This document shows positions 33,935 through 43,383 of a DNA stretch of 64,000 bases, piece by piece. The stretch is from the IMG/VR virus record IMGVR_UViG_2758568729_000001, positions 1-64,000 of that record. One strand, 5' to 3'. The notes under the pieces were generated by a model that saw nothing but the letters and a program-made list of their open reading frames with translations, was not told the DNA's origin and ran no database searches. Position 1 is the stretch's first letter. The number at the start of each line of letters is the position of its first letter. The DNA is from a virus (taxonomy: Duplodnaviria; Caudoviricetes). The position numbers and the translations under genes are program-made.

Positions 33935-34630
33935 ATGAGCAGCACCACCAGCACCACCAGCCGGCGGATCTTCGGCGCGCTCACCATCACCGCACAGATC
34001 ACCATTGACGGCGGCTACACCATCAACGTCTTAACCGGCCCGATCCGCGAGCACGAGCTGTTCTTCTCCACCAAGGACCGAGACCTGTACCGCCGCGTCT
34101 ACGCCGTCATCCGCGAAGGCGGACGCAAAGGGGTCACGCCGGCCGGTATCCACGCCGCCGTGGTCGACGCCCTCACCGACGACCTGCACGCCGCCCGCCG
34201 CAACCGGGACGGGCGCCGGATCGAGTTGCTGAACCAGGCGCTCGACCGGCTCGAAACCCAGGCCCAGCGGAAGGCGAACCAGGAGCTTATCGGCGGCATC
34301 CGCGCCAACATGCAGGCGGCTGCCGCCGGCAACCCTCGTGTCGACGAGCCGAACGCGCTCGAAACCCTGGCTGCGCAGGGCACCCGCTCGGTGACTCCGC
34401 CGACCCGGGGCGGCGCCGAGTACACCCCGGCGTCCGACCCCGGCATGAAGGTCATCCGCGCGGCCAAGGCCAACGGCGGCACCATCGCCCGAGGCCAGAG
34501 CGCCAGCATCACCCAGCTCCACGCCCTGGAGCGGCGGGGCCTGATGACCCTCACCCGCCGGCCCGGTACGGCGATCGTCACCTCCGGCACCCTCACCGGC
34601 CCCGGCTGGCAGACCCCGGTCGGTGCCTGA
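33935..34630 (+). CDS. Hypothetical protein with C-terminal wHTH-like domain
   Basis: QLHALERRGL...LTGPGW. Confidence 0.65.
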   Translation: MSSTTSTTSRRIFGALTITAQITIDGGYTINVLTGPIREHELFFSTKDRDLYRRVYAVIREGGRKGVTPAGIHAAVVDALTDDLHAARRNRDGRRIELLNQALDRLETQAQRKANQELIGGIRANMQAAAAGNPRVDEPNALETLAAQGTRSVTPPTRGGAEYTPASDPGMKVIRAAKANGGTIARGQSASITQLHALERRGLMTLTRRPGTAIVTSGTLTGPGWQTPVGA

Positions 34631-34791
34631 TGGCCGCCGACCAGCAGACCAACCCGCTCGACGACCTGTACCGCGAGTTCCTGGAAGCGGACGACGACGG
34701 CGCGAGCAGCAACGACATCGCGCAGATGCTCGACGACTTCCTCACCAAGCGCGGTTACCCGACCGTCCTGTACCGGGCCGGTCGACGGTGA
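34630..34791 (+). CDS. Small acidic protein
   Basis: TGATG overlap; MAADQQTNPLDDLYREFLEADDD. Confidence 0.55.
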   Translation: MAADQQTNPLDDLYREFLEADDDGASSNDIAQMLDDFLTKRGYPTVLYRAGRR

Positions 34792-34988
34792 GCGCCGGGA
34801 AGCCGGCGAAGGACCCGGCGGAAGACCCGGCGGACCGGCTCGACAGGCAGATGACCGAGGCCGTGGATCACATCCGGCAGATGCTCGCCAAGCTCGCCCG
34901 CCCGGTCGACGTGTCGTACGGCTACGACGCCGACGGGGCGTTCCGGGCCGACAGCAGCCCCACGAACGGCCCCACCACCGAGCAGTAA
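34788..34988 (+). CDS. Small protein, paralog A1 (VSYGYD motif)
   Basis: Shares VSYGYD...RAD.SPT.GPT with 35264-35431. Confidence 0.55.
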   Translation: MSAGKPAKDPAEDPADRLDRQMTEAVDHIRQMLAKLARPVDVSYGYDADGAFRADSSPTNGPTTEQ

Positions 34989-35075
34989 CCCGCTCCCGGT
35001 CGGGCCGTCCACAAGGCGGCGGCCCGGCCCGCACTACCAAACCCAACCCATTCCACTCGCAAGAGGAGCACGGCC

Positions 35076-35264
35076 ATGACCCGCACCGACACGATCGCCC
35101 GCCGCGCCGCCCGCACCGTCACCCGCACCAACCGGCGCCGCAACGTCCAGATCCCCGCCGACGACCGGTACCCGAACCTCCGCCCGCAGCGCCTCGACCG
35201 GCCCAGCCGGCACAGCGCCAACACGGTCGCCATCCAGGCGTCGCTGTACGGGGTCACCGCCTGA
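35076..35264 (+). CDS. Arg-rich small protein, paralog B1
   Basis: GAGGAG RBS; paralog of 35522-35713. Confidence 0.7.
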   Translation: MTRTDTIARRAARTVTRTNRRRNVQIPADDRYPNLRPQRLDRPSRHSANTVAIQASLYGVTA

Positions 35265-35431
35265 TGGACGACACCGCCCCCGATCCGGTACCGGCCGAGA
35301 TCGCGGACGCGGTGGCGGATGAACTCACCGCCCTCGGCGACCTCCTCGCCCCGCCCGTTTCGTACGGCTACGACACCGAGGACACGTACCGGGCCGACAC
35401 CAGCCCGACCACCGGCCCCACCCAGGAGTAA
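35264..35431 (+). CDS. Small acidic protein, paralog A2
   Basis: TGATG overlap; VSYGYDTEDTYRADTSPT. Confidence 0.6.
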   Translation: MDDTAPDPVPAEIADAVADELTALGDLLAPPVSYGYDTEDTYRADTSPTTGPTQE

Positions 35432-35521
35432 CGACCTCCGGTCGGGCCGCCGCCTACGGGACGGCCCGGCCCGCACTACCCGAACCCAAACCCAGAGCAC
35501 AACCACGTCAAGGAGCACGCC

Positions 35522-35713
35522 ATGAACACCGTCATCGTCACCCCGGCCGACCGCCGCACCAACCGAATCGACGCCCGCAGCAACCGGCGCCGCCGGATCC
35601 AGCCCACCAACGACCGGCACGCGAACCTCCGCCCGCAGCCGCTCAACCGGCCGGCCCGCCGTAACACCGCCGCCGCCGCGATCGCGGAGTCGCTGAACGG
35701 GGTCACAGTCTGA
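35522..35713 (+). CDS. Arg-rich small protein, paralog B2
   Basis: AAGGAG RBS; NRRR..Q...DR..NLRPQ.L.RP.R. Confidence 0.7.
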   Translation: MNTVIVTPADRRTNRIDARSNRRRRIQPTNDRHANLRPQPLNRPARRNTAAAAIAESLNGVTV

Positions 35714-36186
35714 TGGGCGAGCTCAACATGGACGCCATCGCGCGGCTCAACGACGACGTTCAGCAGTGGGCCGCCGACCGGCTCCGGGCCGGCGAGTTCA
35801 CCGACCGGATGGCGTCCATGTTCGACGCGGCGATCGGGTGGCGGGTCGAGCGGCGGGACTGCTGCGACCGGTGGGGGATCGACGTTGACTCCGCCGCGAG
35901 GACCGCCCTGCGGGCCGAGCTGGCGGAGGAGAAGGCCGACATGTACGGCAACGGGACCCTGCTGATCCTGCCGGACGGGCACGAGCTGTACGCCCGGCAC
36001 CGGTCCCAGGGAGCGCGGGCGTTGGCCGCCGCCGAGTACCGGGCGTCCATGACGGCCGCGCCGGCGCCCCGCCGCTGGTCACTCACCGAGCTTGCCGTGT
36101 CGGCGACCAGCGTGGCCGCGTACACGACCTTGGTGTTCCTGGTCGGCGCCGCCTCCATGTTGATCGCCCTCGGCTACCAGCCCTGA
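35713..36186 (+). CDS. Hypothetical protein with C-terminal TM helix
   Basis: TGATG overlap. Confidence 0.6.
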   Translation: MGELNMDAIARLNDDVQQWAADRLRAGEFTDRMASMFDAAIGWRVERRDCCDRWGIDVDSAARTALRAELAEEKADMYGNGTLLILPDGHELYARHRSQGARALAAAEYRASMTAAPAPRRWSLTELAVSATSVAAYTTLVFLVGAASMLIALGYQP

Positions 36187-36328
36187 GCCTGCCGGTAAGC
36201 CTGCGGGGCCGGAACCAGCACGCCCGGCCCAAGCAGGGTCACCGCAGACCAGACCGGGGCGCGGCCCATGCCCTGAGAAGCCGGCCGCGCCCCGCCCGTT
36301 CCCTCCCGCAGGAAGGAGAAACCCCATC

Positions 36329-36469
36329 ATGTCCGACGCCCAGCTTCGCCGGCAGTCCGAGTACGTACGGGCCCGCGCCCGTGACGCCCGCCTGGCGCAG
36401 ATGGCCGAAGCGCAACGGCAGGCCGACGAGCGCAACGCCGCCAGGGCCGCCGCCGCGACGACCACCTGA
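36329..36469 (+). CDS. Small helical protein
   Basis: AAGGAG RBS; MSDAQLRRQ. Confidence 0.55.
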   Translation: MSDAQLRRQSEYVRARARDARLAQMAEAQRQADERNAARAAAATTT

Positions 36470-36590
36470 CCGTGCGTGGGGGCGGCCCCGCCTGCGAAGC
36501 GAGCCGCCCCCACTGAACCCCAACCACAGGATTCACCCCGCCGGGTGCTCGAACACCGAGGCGGGTCGACCAGCCCGAAGGAGGCTGACC

Positions 36591-36767
36591 ATGTCGAACA
36601 GTTTCGCAGACCAGCACGCCGCGTGGCAGGAGCAGACCGCTGTCGCGCGGCAGACCGGCACCGAAGCGGACCGGGCCGAGGCCGAACGGCTGCGGCAGGA
36701 AGTCGTCGCCAGCCCGGCCGTGCAGCGCGCCCGCAAGGCGACCGACGCCCGTCCGGTGCGCTCGTAA
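36591..36767 (+). CDS. Small helical protein
   Basis: AAGGAGG RBS; MSNSFADQ. Confidence 0.6.
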   Translation: MSNSFADQHAAWQEQTAVARQTGTEADRAEAERLRQEVVASPAVQRARKATDARPVRS

Positions 36768-36862
36768 CCCGCACCCATATCGGTGCACCCCCATGTGGCC
36801 GCGCACGTCGGCATGCTCGCCGCCGCGCTCGGGGGTGAGGGCACATCGAGCTGTAGTGACTG

Positions 36863-36894
36863 GCCCCCGAGGTGATTCTCGGGGGCTTCTCTTT
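36863..36894 (+). terminator. Intrinsic terminator
   Basis: GCCCCCGAG/CTCGGGGGC plus TTCTCTTT. Confidence 0.7.
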
Positions 36895-36899
36895 GGACA

Positions 36900-36952
36900 A
36901 ACTTGGTAGATGTTCTGTCGTTCAGTCGGTCAAACTGGTAACTTGGTAGATG
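36900..36952 (+). promoter_or_regulatory. Double-box promoter
   Basis: AACTTGGTAGATG at 36900 and 36940. Confidence 0.8.
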
Positions 36953-36982
36953 TAAGGATTGTCGAGCGGCAAGGAGCGGGGC

Positions 36983-37381
36983 ATGTTCACCGAAGACGAC
37001 ATCATCCACCGGTACACCCGGGCGCAGGCCCTCGCCGACGGCACCCTGATCGACGCCGGACCGCTCGCACGAGAGGCCGGCTTCCGCTGGCCGGTCGCAC
37101 TCACCGCCGCCGCCTGGGCCGACTGCGTCGCCTGGACCGACGCCGATAACAAGCGCAAGGGCGCCATCCAGGACGAGACCGGTCGCCTGTGGGACGTCCT
37201 CAACATGGCCCGCTTCGCCGCCGCCCGCAGCGGCGGCGGCAACCGGATTCTGTTCCAACTCGTGCGGGTACCAGTCGCCGGCAAGGCCACCCGTCCCCGG
37301 CTGGTGACCCTCGCCCTGATGGCTGGCCCCGGTGACAACGGTGAGCCGGTCATGGTCATCGGCACCCCCGACGAGGACTGA
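36983..37381 (+). CDS. DUF6573-like protein
   Basis: IIHRYTRAQALADGTLID; QDETGRLWDVL; GPGDNGEPV. Confidence 0.75.
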   Translation: MFTEDDIIHRYTRAQALADGTLIDAGPLAREAGFRWPVALTAAAWADCVAWTDADNKRKGAIQDETGRLWDVLNMARFAAARSGGGNRILFQLVRVPVAGKATRPRLVTLALMAGPGDNGEPVMVIGTPDED

Positions 37382-37384
37382 CCG

Positions 37385-38188
37385 ATGACCACCGACACCG
37401 CCGCCGCGCCGTACGTCACCGCCCTTACTGCTGCCGCCCTACCGGACTGGCTCCGCTGGCGGGTCGAGATCCGACCCCGGCGCCGCAGCCTCGGGATCAT
37501 CACCGAGCCTGGTGGCCAGGTCGTGATCGCCATCCCGCCGGGCGTGGACCCGCAACGGGTGGTCGCCGTGGTGCAAGCCAGCCTTGCTCAGCTACGCCGG
37601 CACGTGCGCGACAGCGAAGAGAGCGCCCTACGTCGCCCGGTCAAGGAACTGGTGAACGGCGAAGGGTTCCCCCTCCTGGGTGCGAACCACCGCCTGCGGC
37701 TCGTGGGCGACGCGGATATGCCGATCGTCGGCGAGCCGGGGCCGTCGACCTGGAGCGGCGTCCGGACCCGGCAACTGACCCTCCGTCGAGACGCGGCCAG
37801 CGCCGCCACCATCGTCGGCTGGTACCAGGCGCAGGGTCAGGCGTTCGCCGACCGGTACGCCCCGGAGATGGCCGCCCGCCTGGGTGTCGCCGACGGGCTG
37901 ACGGTGCGGGTACGCGGCTACCGGCCCGGCCAAGGCGTCGCGAGCTGGGGCACGTATCGCCCACGTACGCACAGCATTTCGCTCCACTGGTCCCTGTTCC
38001 AGCTTCCCCGGGAGATGCCCGAAGCGGTGCTGGCGCACGAGGTGGCGCACGCCGCCCGGCCGAGCGGAGGGCCGCACGGCCGGGGGTGGGAACGCCTGTT
38101 CGTGCGACTCGTACCCGAGTGGCGGGAGCGTGCGCGGGAGTTGGAGCTGGCTGCCCGATCGATGTGGTTCGGTGACGTAGCCCCCTGA
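37385..38188 (+). CDS. YgjP/DUF45-like zincin (M48-like)
   Basis: RRRSL.I, GE.FPLLG, WG, HEVAH...H...W. Confidence 0.8.
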   Translation: MTTDTAAAPYVTALTAAALPDWLRWRVEIRPRRRSLGIITEPGGQVVIAIPPGVDPQRVVAVVQASLAQLRRHVRDSEESALRRPVKELVNGEGFPLLGANHRLRLVGDADMPIVGEPGPSTWSGVRTRQLTLRRDAASAATIVGWYQAQGQAFADRYAPEMAARLGVADGLTVRVRGYRPGQGVASWGTYRPRTHSISLHWSLFQLPREMPEAVLAHEVAHAARPSGGPHGRGWERLFVRLVPEWRERARELELAARSMWFGDVAP

Positions 38189-38195
38189 CTCGATG

Positions 38196-38223
38196 GCCCC
38201 CGGGTGTCACCGGGGGCTTTCTT
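38196..38223 (+). terminator. Intrinsic terminator
   Basis: GCCCCCGG/CCGGGGGC plus TTTCTT. Confidence 0.7.
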
Positions 38224-38230
38224 GTGCCCG

Positions 38231-38283
38231 AACTTGGTAGATGTTCTGGCGGTAGCAAGGGAGATGCGGTAACTTGATAGATG
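38231..38283 (+). promoter_or_regulatory. Double-box promoter
   Basis: Boxes at 38231 and 38271. Confidence 0.8.
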
Positions 38284-38313
38284 TAAGAGCTACCGAGCGC
38301 CACGGAGGCACGG

Positions 38314-39351
38314 ATGACCACCACGACGACCGAGCGAGTCACCCCCACCAGCAGCCCCGTCGAAATCGACACCCACCTCCACCGCCTCTACATCCGGGAG
38401 ATGCAGGCCACCCAGCGCCTCATGGCCGCGAACATCAGCCTCCACCGCGCCAACGGCGAAACCCCCGTGCACCTCGGCCGCCGGCAGGAATGGCCCACCA
38501 GCGACGCCGACGCGCTCGCCGCGTGCCGCGCCAAGGTCGCCGCCCCCGACTACAAGGAGGTCCCCTGGGGTTCCTCTCCCACCAAGGCCATCGCCGCTCT
38601 CACCGCCGCCACCGCCGACCTAGCCGCGATCGAAGCTGAAGCCGCGTCCCTCGAAGCGGAATGGGTCCGCCGGGGGCGCTGGACGCGGTACTTCACGGTG
38701 CAGCAGCACGACGGGCATATCCACTCCAGCATGAACTGTTCGACCTGCAACCGGGGCATGTCCGCCACCCGGTTCACCTGGAACCCGGACCTGTCCGGTC
38801 TGACCGAAGCGGAGGCGGTCGCCAAGCTTGGCCCGAATCTGTGCACCGTGTGTTTCCCCTCGGCCCCAGTGGAGTGGACGAGGGGCGCCGACACCGACGC
38901 CGTCGCCCTGGCCGATGGGTGGTGCCTCAACCGGGTGCCGACAGACAGCAACTACAACACCCACCGCCCGTACGGCCGCTGCAACGACTGCGACGCGCGG
39001 AACGTCCCCCTTACCCAGCAAGGGCTCCGCAAGCACAAGCACGAGCGGAACCTGACCGAGGCCGCCCGCAAGGCTCGACGCGAGGACCCGAAGCTGATCG
39101 GAACCCCGGAGGGGGACGAACTGCGGGTCGACCGCGAAACGATCAAAACGGTCGTCGCCGCGAAGAACCGCTACGTGTGGCACATGGAGTGGGTGCTGAC
39201 CAGCCGCAACCCGGCGTTCGCCGCCGACCACGCGAAGCACGCCGCGACGATCGCCGAGGCCCTGGCCGCGAAGCTCGGCAAGCGGGTGGACGAGATCCGG
39301 GCGGAGTTGCAGCCCCGCGTCACCAAGATGTTGAAGGCGTACGGCCGATGA
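38314..39351 (+). CDS. Hypothetical Zn-binding protein of actinophage type
   Basis: WTRYF.V...GHIHSSMNCSTC...LCTVCFPSAPVE. Confidence 0.7.
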   Translation: MTTTTTERVTPTSSPVEIDTHLHRLYIREMQATQRLMAANISLHRANGETPVHLGRRQEWPTSDADALAACRAKVAAPDYKEVPWGSSPTKAIAALTAATADLAAIEAEAASLEAEWVRRGRWTRYFTVQQHDGHIHSSMNCSTCNRGMSATRFTWNPDLSGLTEAEAVAKLGPNLCTVCFPSAPVEWTRGADTDAVALADGWCLNRVPTDSNYNTHRPYGRCNDCDARNVPLTQQGLRKHKHERNLTEAARKARREDPKLIGTPEGDELRVDRETIKTVVAAKNRYVWHMEWVLTSRNPAFAADHAKHAATIAEALAAKLGKRVDEIRAELQPRVTKMLKAYGR

Positions 39352-40436
39352 GCCCGGCCGCGGTGGGGGTGCTCGACCGCCCCCACCGGCCCGGCCTGCC
39401 CCCGGAGACCGGCGACGAAGCGGCCGACCTCGCCGCGTTCCTCGCATGGGAAGCCGACGAGCGGGAAGCCAGCAGGGCAGCCGCCGCCGAGTACCACCGG
39501 GAGTTGCGCCGCAAGTACGGGCTACGACCCGAACCGGCGACCATGAGCACCGAGTGGGGCGAGCTGACCAACCCCACCATCGACCGCGACGACCCGGCCC
39601 GCCGGCTGACTTACTACCTCGGTGCCCACCACCCGAGCTGGCTGAACTACTCCCCGGTGCCGTTGTTCATCTCCGCCGCGTCCCTCGCCCGGTACCGCAC
39701 CACCGGCGACAGGTGGCCTGTCCGGATGGGGATGACCTGGGCGCTCGACTCCGGCGCGTTCACCGCGCTCACCCCGGCCGGGATCGCCAAGGGCGACGCC
39801 CCGTGGTGGCAACACCCCGACGAGTACGGCGGCATGGCCACACGGTTCGCAGAGGAAGTCGGCCCGCCGGACTTCTGCGCGCCGCAGGACTGGCCGTGTG
39901 AGCCACCCGTACGGGAGCGGACCGGGATGACGGTCCGCGAGCACCAGCAGCTCACCCTGGACAACTTCCTGTACCTGCGGGAGGAGTTCTACTTCCTGCC
40001 CTGGATCCCGGTGTTGCAGGGTTGGGAGGCGGACGAGTACCTGGAGCATGCCGAGATGTACGAGGCCGCCGGGGTCGACCTGGCCGCCGCGTACCGGGTG
40101 GGTGTTGGGTCGATCTGCCGGCGCGGGCATGTCCCGTCGATCGTGCGGGTGATCGAGCAGTTCGCGTCGCGCGGGTACCGAATGCATGGTTTCGGGGTCA
40201 AGGTGACTGCGTTGCCGCTGATTGGTCACCTGTTCGCGTCGGCGGACTCGATGGCATGGTCGGACACCGCCCGGCGGGACCGGATCCGGCTGCCGGAGTG
40301 CACCCACCGGTCGAAGTCGGGGGAGTTGTCGGACTGCCGGAACTGCTTCCGCTGGGCGTTGAGGTGGCGGGAGCGGGTGTTGGAGTCGTTGCGGTCGGGT
40401 CGTCCCGCCCGGTCGTCGCAGCTCGCGCTGTTCTGA
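39348..40436 (+). CDS. Queuine tRNA-ribosyltransferase-like (TGT/DpdA-like) protein
   Basis: LDSGAF, PQDWPCEP, PVLQGW, GVGSICRR, HGFGVK, SADSMAW; start may be 39543. Confidence 0.8.
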   Translation: MSPAAVGVLDRPHRPGLPPETGDEAADLAAFLAWEADEREASRAAAAEYHRELRRKYGLRPEPATMSTEWGELTNPTIDRDDPARRLTYYLGAHHPSWLNYSPVPLFISAASLARYRTTGDRWPVRMGMTWALDSGAFTALTPAGIAKGDAPWWQHPDEYGGMATRFAEEVGPPDFCAPQDWPCEPPVRERTGMTVREHQQLTLDNFLYLREEFYFLPWIPVLQGWEADEYLEHAEMYEAAGVDLAAAYRVGVGSICRRGHVPSIVRVIEQFASRGYRMHGFGVKVTALPLIGHLFASADSMAWSDTARRDRIRLPECTHRSKSGELSDCRNCFRWALRWRERVLESLRSGRPARSSQLALF

Positions 40437-40440
40437 GCCA

Positions 40441-40493
40441 AACTTGGTAGATGTACTGGCTGTGACTGACCGTTCATGCTAACTTGATAGATA
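40441..40493 (+). promoter_or_regulatory. Double-box promoter
   Basis: Boxes at 40441 and 40481. Confidence 0.8.
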
Positions 40494-40521
40494 TACGGCG
40501 ACCGAGTTACCGGAGGCACCA

Positions 40522-42057
40522 ATGACCACTCGCAACCCCACCAAGGCGCAGCTCGTCGCACTGCTCGACGCCATCGCGAACGGCAATGAGGCGTTGCACA
40601 AGTACCGCAAAGACATGATCGACCGAATGGAGCTCGCCGGTCTCCTGGATGGTTACGCCGTCACCGACGCGGGCCGCGTGGCCGCTCACCGCAGCGACCC
40701 GACCGGGTACGCCCTGGCGATTGGCGTCGAGCCGGACGCGCACATCGCCGAGGGCAACGATCTCCGCACGGAGGCCGAGCGGGTTGCCGCCGGGCTGTCT
40801 TCGCAGATGATCGGCACCCTCGGTACGGGGCACGCCAGTGCGCATAGCGCCACGGTGATCGGTCGCCCGCAGGTCATGAAGGCGCTGCGCAGCCGTGGTC
40901 TGATCGGCAACGATGACCGCTGGACTCGACTCGGCTTGGAGGTTGCCGCCATCGTCCTCGGTGGCCGAGTGTGGTCGATCGACGAGCTGCACGTCATGGC
41001 GCTGAGTGATGAAGCGCACGCGGAAGCGCTCGCGATGAACGCCGAGCGCGACACGCAGTTGATCGAGCCCGCGCCTGCGCCGGCCCCGCTGACCACGCGA
41101 GACCTGAAGGTTGGCATGCGCGTCAAGATGCCCGCCGTGTGGTGCACGTCGGACGCACCGTGCGCCCAGTACCGCATCGTCACGAGCGACGCGCAACGCG
41201 AGCCGTACCACAGCCACTCCGTGGAATTCGACGGCGTTGGCGAGGTGTGGCGCTCGGACGCCGAGTGGGAGATCGAGTCCGCCGCGCACGCCGCGCTGGC
41301 GACCGGCCTGCCGCACGGCGTCGGACCGGCGTGCCTCGACGGATGCGTAACCGAAGGCGGGATCACGACGTGCCTCGACGGGTGCCCGCGCTTCGCGGCA
41401 GTCGCCGCAGCGAACCGCTCCACCGTCCGCCCGATCGCGGTCGGCGACCGCGTCCGGGGCCGCGACGTCACCATGGGAAGCACCGTGGAGGGCGCGGTCA
41501 CCGGCATCCTGTACCCGCGCGGACTCGGCTACTACCAGGACGAGCCGACCGACAGGCCGGTCCACTCGCGCAGGTACCACATCACGGCCGACGACGGCCG
41601 CACCCGAATCGTGGAGTGCGCCGAGCGGATCGAGCCGCCCGCCGCCCCGGAGCCGGACGAGATGAGCCAGGGGGAGCGCGACCAGCGCTCGTCCGACTAC
41701 TGGCAGGCCGCCACCGCCAACCTGCCGCGCGTACCCGCGTTCGAGCCGCCCGCGCCCGCCGACGGAGTGAGCGTCGACCAGTGGATCGCCGAGCAGGTGG
41801 CGCAGCTCAGCGAGAACGAGCTGCTGATGGTCAAGGGCGTACTGGACGACATTGCTGCTGGCCGACCGGTGGAGCACTTCGCGGTGGGCACGAAGGTATA
41901 CGTCGGCTCGTACGGCACTACCGAGTTCGTCGTTCAGGGAACGGCGCCGTGGCACGAGAACGGCGTGGTGTCGCGCAAGGTCGAGATCCGGAGCACGACG
42001 GGCAACCTTTCCGGCCACGTCGACCCGCGCGAGTTGCGGCGAGTCGACGAGTCATGA
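40522..42057 (+). CDS. Multidomain hypothetical protein (two wHTH-like plus SH3/KOW-like modules)
   Basis: GGAGG RBS; LKVGMRV, IAVGDRV, FAVGTKV repeats. Confidence 0.7.
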   Translation: MTTRNPTKAQLVALLDAIANGNEALHKYRKDMIDRMELAGLLDGYAVTDAGRVAAHRSDPTGYALAIGVEPDAHIAEGNDLRTEAERVAAGLSSQMIGTLGTGHASAHSATVIGRPQVMKALRSRGLIGNDDRWTRLGLEVAAIVLGGRVWSIDELHVMALSDEAHAEALAMNAERDTQLIEPAPAPAPLTTRDLKVGMRVKMPAVWCTSDAPCAQYRIVTSDAQREPYHSHSVEFDGVGEVWRSDAEWEIESAAHAALATGLPHGVGPACLDGCVTEGGITTCLDGCPRFAAVAAANRSTVRPIAVGDRVRGRDVTMGSTVEGAVTGILYPRGLGYYQDEPTDRPVHSRRYHITADDGRTRIVECAERIEPPAAPEPDEMSQGERDQRSSDYWQAATANLPRVPAFEPPAPADGVSVDQWIAEQVAQLSENELLMVKGVLDDIAAGRPVEHFAVGTKVYVGSYGTTEFVVQGTAPWHENGVVSRKVEIRSTTGNLSGHVDPRELRRVDES

Positions 42058-42992
42058 GCCGAACTGGGGCCGAGCTGCCCAGCCTCGGGCAGCTCGGCCT
42101 GTTCGACCCCGGGTGGTGCCAGCGCTGGACCAACGGCAAGAGCCTGTGGCTGCCGACCGGGGATGAGCGGTTCAACCCGAAGCGGCACACCGTACGGGCC
42201 ATCCCGGAGCAGGTGGCCCGTGCGTTCATCTCGACCCACCACTACAGCCACTCGTACCCCGCCGCACGCCTGAGGTACGGCCTCTTTGAGGGCTGCCACC
42301 TGGTCGGCGTAGCGGTGATCGGGCAGCCGATGCACCGGCAGGTCACCGGCAAACCGTTCCCGACGCTGGGCAAGACTGCGGCCGAGTTATCCCGGTTCGT
42401 TTTGCTCGATCCGGTTCCGCCCCCGGCGGAGAGTTGGCTCCTCGGCCGGGTGTTCCGGCTGGCCGCCGCCGACGGGCTCCGTGGCCTGGTCGCGTTCAGC
42501 GACCCCATGCCCCGGCTGGCTATCAACGGTCAGTTGATCATGCCTGGTCACGTCGGCACCATCTACCAGGCGACCAACGGCCGCTACACCGGCCGGGCCA
42601 CCCGGCGCACCCTCGTCGTGCTGCCGGACGGGACCGTGTTCAGCGAACGCAGCCTGCAAAAGATCCGGGGCTGCGAACGGGCCGACGGCGAGCCCATGTC
42701 CCGGCTGGTGACGTATGGCGCCGAGCCGTTCTCCCCGTACCTGCCGCCGGTGGGTTGGCTGCCGGGGGAGTGGAACCGGTTGGACCGGTGGGCCGACCTT
42801 GACCTGCGGGGCCGGCGGAAGGTGTGGCTAAAGCACGCGCTGACCTCGATCGGCGCCCGCCGGGCGCGACACCGGGGCAACCACCGGTTCGTCTGGCCGC
42901 TCGGAGACCGGTCGCAGCGTCGCCGCACGGTGATCGCCCTGGACGCGCAGCCCTACCCCAAGACGACAGATCCGTGGGACCTGGCGGCGTAA
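42054..42992 (+). CDS. Mom-family DNA adenine modification protein
   Basis: A.AFI..HHYS.SYPAA.LRYGL, LVGVAV, ELSRFVL, ESW.L, AFSDP, GH.GTIYQATN..YTG. Confidence 0.82.
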   Translation: MSRTGAELPSLGQLGLFDPGWCQRWTNGKSLWLPTGDERFNPKRHTVRAIPEQVARAFISTHHYSHSYPAARLRYGLFEGCHLVGVAVIGQPMHRQVTGKPFPTLGKTAAELSRFVLLDPVPPPAESWLLGRVFRLAAADGLRGLVAFSDPMPRLAINGQLIMPGHVGTIYQATNGRYTGRATRRTLVVLPDGTVFSERSLQKIRGCERADGEPMSRLVTYGAEPFSPYLPPVGWLPGEWNRLDRWADLDLRGRRKVWLKHALTSIGARRARHRGNHRFVWPLGDRSQRRRTVIALDAQPYPKTTDPWDLAA

Positions 42993-43013
42993 GCCGAAGA
43001 GAGGCAGGACAAC

Positions 43014-43265
43014 ATGGCCAAAACCACCGCAGAAGCTTCATACACCGGCGACCAGGTGGAGGAGGCGTTGAGCAGGGCGGTTGACGACCTCCTGGACCGG
43101 GTCCAGCCGCTCGGCGAGGAGATCGGCGATGCCTTGCGCGTGTTGATGAACGTCGGCATGCACTACCTGGAGCACCCGGATGCTGCCGACCTCGAAGAGG
43201 CCATCGGGGCGAAGTACGCCGAGGACCCGGAGACCGTCATGGGGTGGGTGGCTGCGTGCGACTGA
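43014..43265 (+). CDS. Small acidic protein
   Basis: 19 D/E versus 5 K/R in 83 aa. Confidence 0.65.
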   Translation: MAKTTAEASYTGDQVEEALSRAVDDLLDRVQPLGEEIGDALRVLMNVGMHYLEHPDAADLEEAIGAKYAEDPETVMGWVAACD

Positions 43266-43383
43266 CCTCGTCAGCGGCTCGACACGGCACCGGCCCGCCG
43301 ATCGGGCTGTACCCGCTCCCCGAGGACATCGACCGCCGGTCGTGATCAACAATGATCCGATCAGTGGAGAGGCCCGGACGACG

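Noticed and set aside
38661-42992. 591-aa and 617-aa fusion proteins from the ORF track
   Set aside because: Their N-terminal extensions overlap real upstream genes in another frame and are R/P/G-rich shadow sequence; starts at 39348 and 42054 fit ATGA coupling.
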